From Podarcis bocagei (lineage: Eukaryota): a stretch of DNA of 64,000 bases. The notes under the pieces were generated by a model. It had not been told where the DNA came from. It saw only the letters and a program-made list of their open reading frames with translations, and did no database searches. Below are positions 60,301-64,000 of the stretch, in pieces; the first letter of the stretch is position 1, and every line of letters begins with the position of its first letter. The DNA lies in NCBI GenBank assembly GCA_964188305.1, contig OZ076886.1, one strand, 5' to 3'. The position numbers and the translations under genes were made by a program.

Positions 60301-60750
60301 GTCCAGTGGAGCGATGCTTACCTCCTGTTCTCGTGTTTTCTGAGACTCAGATACGGTCGTGCTATCTTTGATATCCGCTTCTGGTTTTGTGGCCATAGTT
60401 TTCCCCTTTGGCAATGGACTTTCAGAAGCTTTGGGAGGCTCTTCGGATAGTTTGGGCAGTGGCTTTCCTTCTGATGGAGCAGGAGGCTTTCTGTCTTGGA
60501 CAGTGGTTGGTAATTTGCTCGGTTCTGAAGTCCTGAGATGGTTTGCTTGTGAAAGGTGCCTGTCGTGAGGAGCTGACATTTCAGGTTGCTGAGGAGCTCC
60601 TCTCTGTTGCTGACCAATTCCTCCGGGTTGGTGTCGAGGGGATCCAGTTGGCTGTTGCTTTGGAGCAGGCAGTGGCATTGGAGCAGGGTCTCCTAGGCTT
60701 CCTTCTAGCAGCCTCTGAGTTTGGCAGTTCAAACACAGCCATTCATTTTT
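30301..60750 (-). CDS. BSN: Bassoon presynaptic cytomatrix protein, 3' part (about 3518 aa in 7 exons; 5' exons outside window)
   Basis: EWLCLNCQTQRLLEGSLG (end of ZnF2), [62 protein letters not shown] and C-terminal AVSAFGKKFTSFW*. No PDZ/C2 domains, so Bassoon rather than Piccolo. Confidence 0.97.
30895..31070 (+). mobile_element. tRNA-derived SINE
   Basis: gggctgtggctcag...gcagaaggtcccaggttc A/B-box head and ...cagtgtagataacactgagctagacggacc body. Confidence 0.7.
31213..31353 (-). CDS. BSN: BSN exon (equivalent to exon 9)
   Basis: caacag|GIKIGSKPAG...AEGESVFSKILPGGAAEQAGKLTE|GTGAGA; 141 nt. Confidence 0.95.
32085..32181 (-). CDS. BSN: BSN exon (equivalent to exon 8)
   Basis: attacag|SKAEQMDASKPTTKVPQVGKAPQTQPLGAAAG|GTCAGT; 97 nt, phase 0-1. 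Confidence 0.88.
32766..33610 (-). CDS. BSN: BSN exon (equivalent to exon 7), His/Gln-rich
   Basis: ttctgaag|[17 protein letters not shown]...poly-Q...HPAGP|GTAAGT; 845 nt, phase 1-0. Confidence 0.94.
32893..33080 (-). repeat. Coding CAG/poly-Gln tracts in BSN exon 7
   Basis: Several (CAG)n runs with a duplicated QQQPSSR unit. Confidence 0.9.
33986..36137 (-). CDS. BSN: BSN exon (equivalent to exon 6), 2152 nt, CC3
   Basis: cttctag|ISTLQSNTLIRKVKRTLPSPPPEE...[37 protein letters not shown]...VVSDSE|GTAATG. Confidence 0.97.
36290..36735 (-). mobile_element. tRNA-derived SINE with nested mariner MITE
   Basis: Minus strand agagccagtgtggtgtag...gacctgggagaccagcgttcaattc...gccagtcactctctcccagcctcacctacctc. 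Confidence 0.7.
36476..36714. mobile_element. Tc1/mariner (Tigger-like) MITE
   Basis: TA|CAGTGGTACCTC...GAGGTACCACTG|TA, internal taacctga repeats. Confidence 0.92.
37075..37636. mobile_element. GC-rich composite non-autonomous DNA transposon remnants
   Basis: Internal palindrome 37230-37400; ttttgtcacccc...gacgccactg end shared with 47812-48003; mariner-like end gcggcttatattcgggccaatatggta. Boundaries approximate. Confidence 0.6.
40900..42850 (+). mobile_element. Old, heavily decayed CR1 LINE ORF2 and 3' end, with an internal insertion at about 41835-42160
   Basis: RT remnants (agcagtggagtccctcaagga = SSGVPQG; gccaagtttttggatgat near the KFADD motif) and CR1 3' ttcaggacagacaaaagaaagtacttt...aaaagaggattagac. 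Confidence 0.8.
42899..43144 (+). mobile_element. tRNA-derived SINE (lacertid-type)
   Basis: ggtgtagtggttaa...ggttcg A/B boxes, gggtgaccttgggctag core, ttgttagccgctttgagactcc...gcgggatatcaaatcc tail. Confidence 0.8.
44868..45352. mobile_element. Young hAT non-autonomous transposon (485 bp)
   Basis: 15-bp TIR CAGTGTTTCCCAACC, perfect 8-bp TSD ACATAGTC, CpG-rich interior. Confidence 0.95.
45580..46120 (+). mobile_element. Decayed L2 LINE RT fragment
   Basis: Remnants resembling DLSAAF-TINH, GV-QGSILSP and LDGVALP-K-Q--SLG motifs. Confidence 0.65.
47123..47585 (-). mobile_element. L2-like LINE 3' part
   Basis: (AAT) tail followed by ttcataccc...gggactcaaggtggctta...aaaagcctgttggaataagaaggtattc. 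Confidence 0.6.
47812..48003. mobile_element. hAT-type MITE
   Basis: CAG...CTG termini with 8-bp TSD GCTGCAGT. Confidence 0.75.
48399..55250 (-). CDS. BSN: BSN giant exon (equivalent to exon 5), 6852 nt
   Basis: Continuous ORF; ttttgtag|[24 protein letters not shown]...HALLPGSQ|GTAAGA; contains coiled coils CC1 and CC2. Confidence 0.97.
50053..50112 (-). repeat. Coding poly-Gln/poly-Pro tract in the BSN giant exon
   Basis: QQQQQQ followed by a run of about 14 Pro, from (CAG)n and (CCA/CCG)n. Confidence 0.9.
55522..55824 (-). mobile_element. Sauria SINE, 5'-truncated
   Basis: Minus strand cagaaggtcggcagttcgaatcccc...gtagataaataggtaccgctccggcgggaaggtaaacggcg...ggggtccctttacctttt. Confidence 0.9.
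56251..56353. mobile_element. hAT MITE (same family as 21956-22078)
   Basis: CAGGGCT...AGCACTG termini, TSD actatgat/attatgat. Confidence 0.8.
56785..57000 (-). mobile_element. Decayed CR1 3' fragment
   Basis: gctggaccaggccaagg...atctagtccag...atagctatcatggc. Confidence 0.5.
60322..60750 (-). CDS. BSN: BSN exon (equivalent to exon 4)
   Basis: tttcag|KNEWLCLNCQTQRLLEGSLGDPAP...KTREQE|GTAAGC; 429 nt, phase 0-0. Confidence 0.95.
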
Positions 60751-62791
60751 CTGAAATAAGATGGAAAAAACAAACAAACAGGGATGAAATCCACATTTCA
60801 TTCAAGATCAGCATGAAGATACCTCTCCTATGGAATGCAACATATTTCTTCTCTTTGAGTTAAACATAATTATTTCCACTTTACATTATGTGGAGGAAAG
60901 CAGATTTTGTTGTAACCCCCAAACTGCCATGCTCTAATGGACTGATGTAAATCCTATTGAATTCAGTAGGGCTAACTCCCAGGTCAGTGCACATAAGATT
61001 ACAACCTTGGACAGATAGGCCGTTGATCCATCTAGCTTAGTTAGCAGCAGTTCTCTAGGGTTTCAGACATGCAACATTCCCAGCCTCACTTGGAGATGCT
61101 GGGGAAATGAATGTTGGACCTTCTGCATGCAAACCTATAACCCTTCCCCTAGCCTTAGATGTTCAAATTATAACTCAGTCATGGACAGGAGGCCTTGGGC
61201 AAGTCAGAGTGTGGCAGCCTCAATTCACCATCTCTAAAATGGGATTAACATTGACCAGCCTCCCAGGATTGCTGTCAGGTCAAACAAGGCTTATTAGGCT
61301 TATTTGGATTCATGATTAATATTGTTAACAACAGCAACTGAAAATGAACATCAAATATTTATTTTTATTATTCTTTTTAGTGCAGAAAAGCCTTTATCAT
61401 CAAAAGGAAGGGTAATGGCTGCAGAGGATTGCCATTTAATGCTCCAGAGACCATGTAAAAAAGAAGAAACAAACAAAATTAGCCAAACAATCTTAAGACA
61501 GAACAGCTATTTCTGACGGTGCCATGCCCGAAGTATTTATGGATTCTGAACTATGTGGACATCAACCAGAAGAACAGATATAAATCACGTTCATCAAAGC
61601 ATTATGGGATGCATTATAGGTCTTGAGTAAAGAGTGTACTCCTTATGAGACAAAAACTTAATAAAGCCTACATTGTGATGAGGATGGGTGGAATAGGAAT
61701 GCAAAGACTCAGTTCTATTGGTGTAAATTTTGCATGATTTGGTCTAATAAAAGTGCACCAAAAAGTGATGTGTCAGCAAGTTGTGAAAATATAAAAATAT
61801 ATTTGCCTGTGGAATGCTTTGCAGCTAAAAAACGACGACACTACAACAAAGTAATTATCAGCTTTTTCTTCTGTGTTCAATTTATGCAAGCCGGGGAGTT
61901 TAGGATTTGAGGAGGTGCCCCATGACACCAGATGCTAGACATTTCATACAGGTAAGGACCCTACATCAGCATAACAGCAGAGCTATGTTGTCATAATATT
62001 ACACTGGTGCATTTCCAATGGAAGAGCCAAAGATGAGCAGTGTTGTTAGCATGGCATTATGGCGACAAAAGAGACGGTGCGTGTTAAAACACATCAAACT
62101 CAACTGAGAGCCAAAGAATACTTCCCACAACCTCCTCCATCTCTGCCTGTACCACCATGACAAAGTTTAAGATTCAGATCAGCTCTGCATCCAGTTACAG
62201 CATATCCACAGCAGTATGAAAAACCCCAACAGGGAAACCTCCCAAAGAAGCTGCCTGGACACTACACTACACTGACTACCCTTTCCCCACTTTTGATAGA
62301 TAATTCAAAAGGATGGCTATTTGCAGATAGAAGCAAAAGCTTTCAAATAGCCATCTATGGGGAACATTGCAGCCTCTCAGTTTCTGGGTCCTTCTTGTCT
62401 GCATCACAGTGGTTGCTTCTGTGCAAGGTGCTATCAATGTCCATGTGTCTGGCAGGCTGTGATTTCTCTTTGTAATGAAGAAAGGCAGCATTTCACAACT
62501 GCTTTATCTCCATCCAATATATATGCATTTGCAAAAGTTATTGTTTGGATATTAGTTGGGGACCCAAATGTTTGCTTAATGTTTTCACCAAGTCAAGTTC
62601 AAGATGTATCTCAACAAGCTAACTGAAACACCGCAGTGATCAAAGAGATAATATTAATATGAAATCAGCATCTTGTCCCTCAACAGAAGCAGCTTAAAAT
62701 CATGAGGTTCTATGCAATGTCTTTCTCTGAAAACATGTAGTAGACAAGGCATAATTTTTCAGAATAATACATGGGGGAGGGAACCCCCTCC

Positions 62792-64000
62792 ATCCAAGAT
62801 TTAGAACCTCAAAGCCAATGTGAGAGCATTTGGGTCAAAATTAAGGGAGAGAAGAATAACAGAGACCTCATTGTGGGAGTTTACTATAGATCCCCAAGCC
62901 AAACGGAGGACATAGATGATGCCTTCCTGGAACAGATGGCCAAGCATGCAAAAGGAAGGGAGATAGTAGTAATGGGGGACTTCAATTACCCGGATATTTG
63001 TTGGGCGTCAAACTCAGCCAAGAGCATAAGGTCAAACAGATTCCTCACTGGCCTTGCAGACAACTTCATTGTCCAGAAAGTGGGAGAAGCAACAAGAGGA
63101 ACAGCCATTTTAGATCTGGTCCTAACCAATGTTGATGACCTGGTTAGTGGGGTAGAAGTGGAAGGATCATTAGGCGCGAGTGATCATGCTCTTCTGAAGT
63201 TTACTATACAGCGGAAAGGAGCAGCCAAGCATACTAGGACTCAATTTCTTGACTTTAAGAAAGCCGACTTCATAAAACTTAGGGAAGTGCTGGGTGAGAT
63301 CCCATGGACAGCAATACTAAAAGGAAAGGGAGTTCATGACGGCTGGGAGTTTGTTAAGAGGGAGATAGTAAAAGCACAACGTCAGGCAATACCAATGAGA
63401 CGGAAACATGGAAGGTGCCTAAAGAAGCCAGGGTGGCTATCTAAAGAACTTTTAACTGAATTAAGATTAAAAAAGGATGTGTACAAAAAATGGAAAAGGG
63501 GGGAAACCACCAAAGAGGAATTCAAACAAATAGCCAGCACGTGTAGACACAAAGTCAGAAAAGCTAAAGCACAGAATGAACTCAGGCTTGCTAGAGAGGT
63601 TAAAAGCAACAAAAAAGGCTTTTATGGGTATGTTCGTAGCAAAAGGAAGAACAAAGAAACAGTGGGGTCACTCAGAGGAGAAGATGGTGAAATGCAAACA
63701 GGGGACACAGAAAGGGCTGAACTCCTCAATGCCTTCTTTGCCTCAGTCTTCTCCGATAAAGAAAACAATGCCCGACCTGAAGAATTTGAAGCAAATGATT
63801 CAGCAAAGGAAACACAGCCCAGAATAACTAAGGAGACAGTACAAGAATATTTGGCTAGTTTAGATGTATTCAAGTCTCCAGGGCCAGATGAACTGCATCC
63901 AAGAGTATTAAAAGAACTGGCAGATGTGATCTCAGAACCACTGGCAGTCATCTTCGAGAAATCCTGGAGAACAGGCGAAGTCCCGGCAGACTGGAGGAGG
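62792..64000 (+). mobile_element. Young CR1 LINE, ORF2 (endonuclease and linker), 5'-truncated, runs off the window
   Basis: Uninterrupted frame: ESIWVKI, VGVYYRSP, VVMGDFNYPDICW, ILDLVLTN, LGASDH, AELLNAFFASVF, KSPGPDELHPRVLKEL, VPADWRR. Confidence 0.95.

Noticed and set aside
1-64000. CRISPR arrays, operons or intronic snoRNAs
   Set aside because: Eukaryotic exon-intron DNA; no repeat-spacer array, and no paired C/D boxes at the sites I inspected by eye (an Rfam scan would be decisive)

Overview
Vertebrate genomic DNA, very likely from a squamate (lacertid-type) lizard, inferred from a Sauria SINE and the CR1/L2/hAT/mariner repeat content. Two protein-coding genes lie in tandem on the minus strand. 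APEH (acylamino-acid-releasing enzyme) is complete: 22 coding exons between 16725 and 1349, all with GT-AG junctions, 2187 nt or 728 aa, an intact Ser/Asp/His triad and a CpG-island promoter near 16.4-17.1 kb. BSN (Bassoon) is present from the exon ending zinc finger 2 (60750) to the stop codon (30301), about 3518 aa in 7 exons including a 6852-nt exon. It is followed by a spliced 3'UTR whose last exon runs about 4.4 kb to a poly(A) signal near 22.8 kb. The 5' BSN exons lie beyond the window. Introns carry LINE fragments, SINEs, MITEs, a solo LTR and a young CR1 with an open ORF2. No prokaryote-type system, CRISPR array or structural RNA gene is supported. The most interesting candidates all concern BSN RNA processing: (1) a 99-nt post-stop exon with 17-nt perfect complementarity to the last 3'UTR exon; (2) a stop codon followed by several junctions, an NMD-type layout; (3) RBFOX-flanked in-frame microexon candidates; (4) a possible internal first exon giving a Bassoon without zinc fingers. 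A second cluster of LC8-type QT motifs is also noted. All coordinates were read by eye and none were checked against a database.
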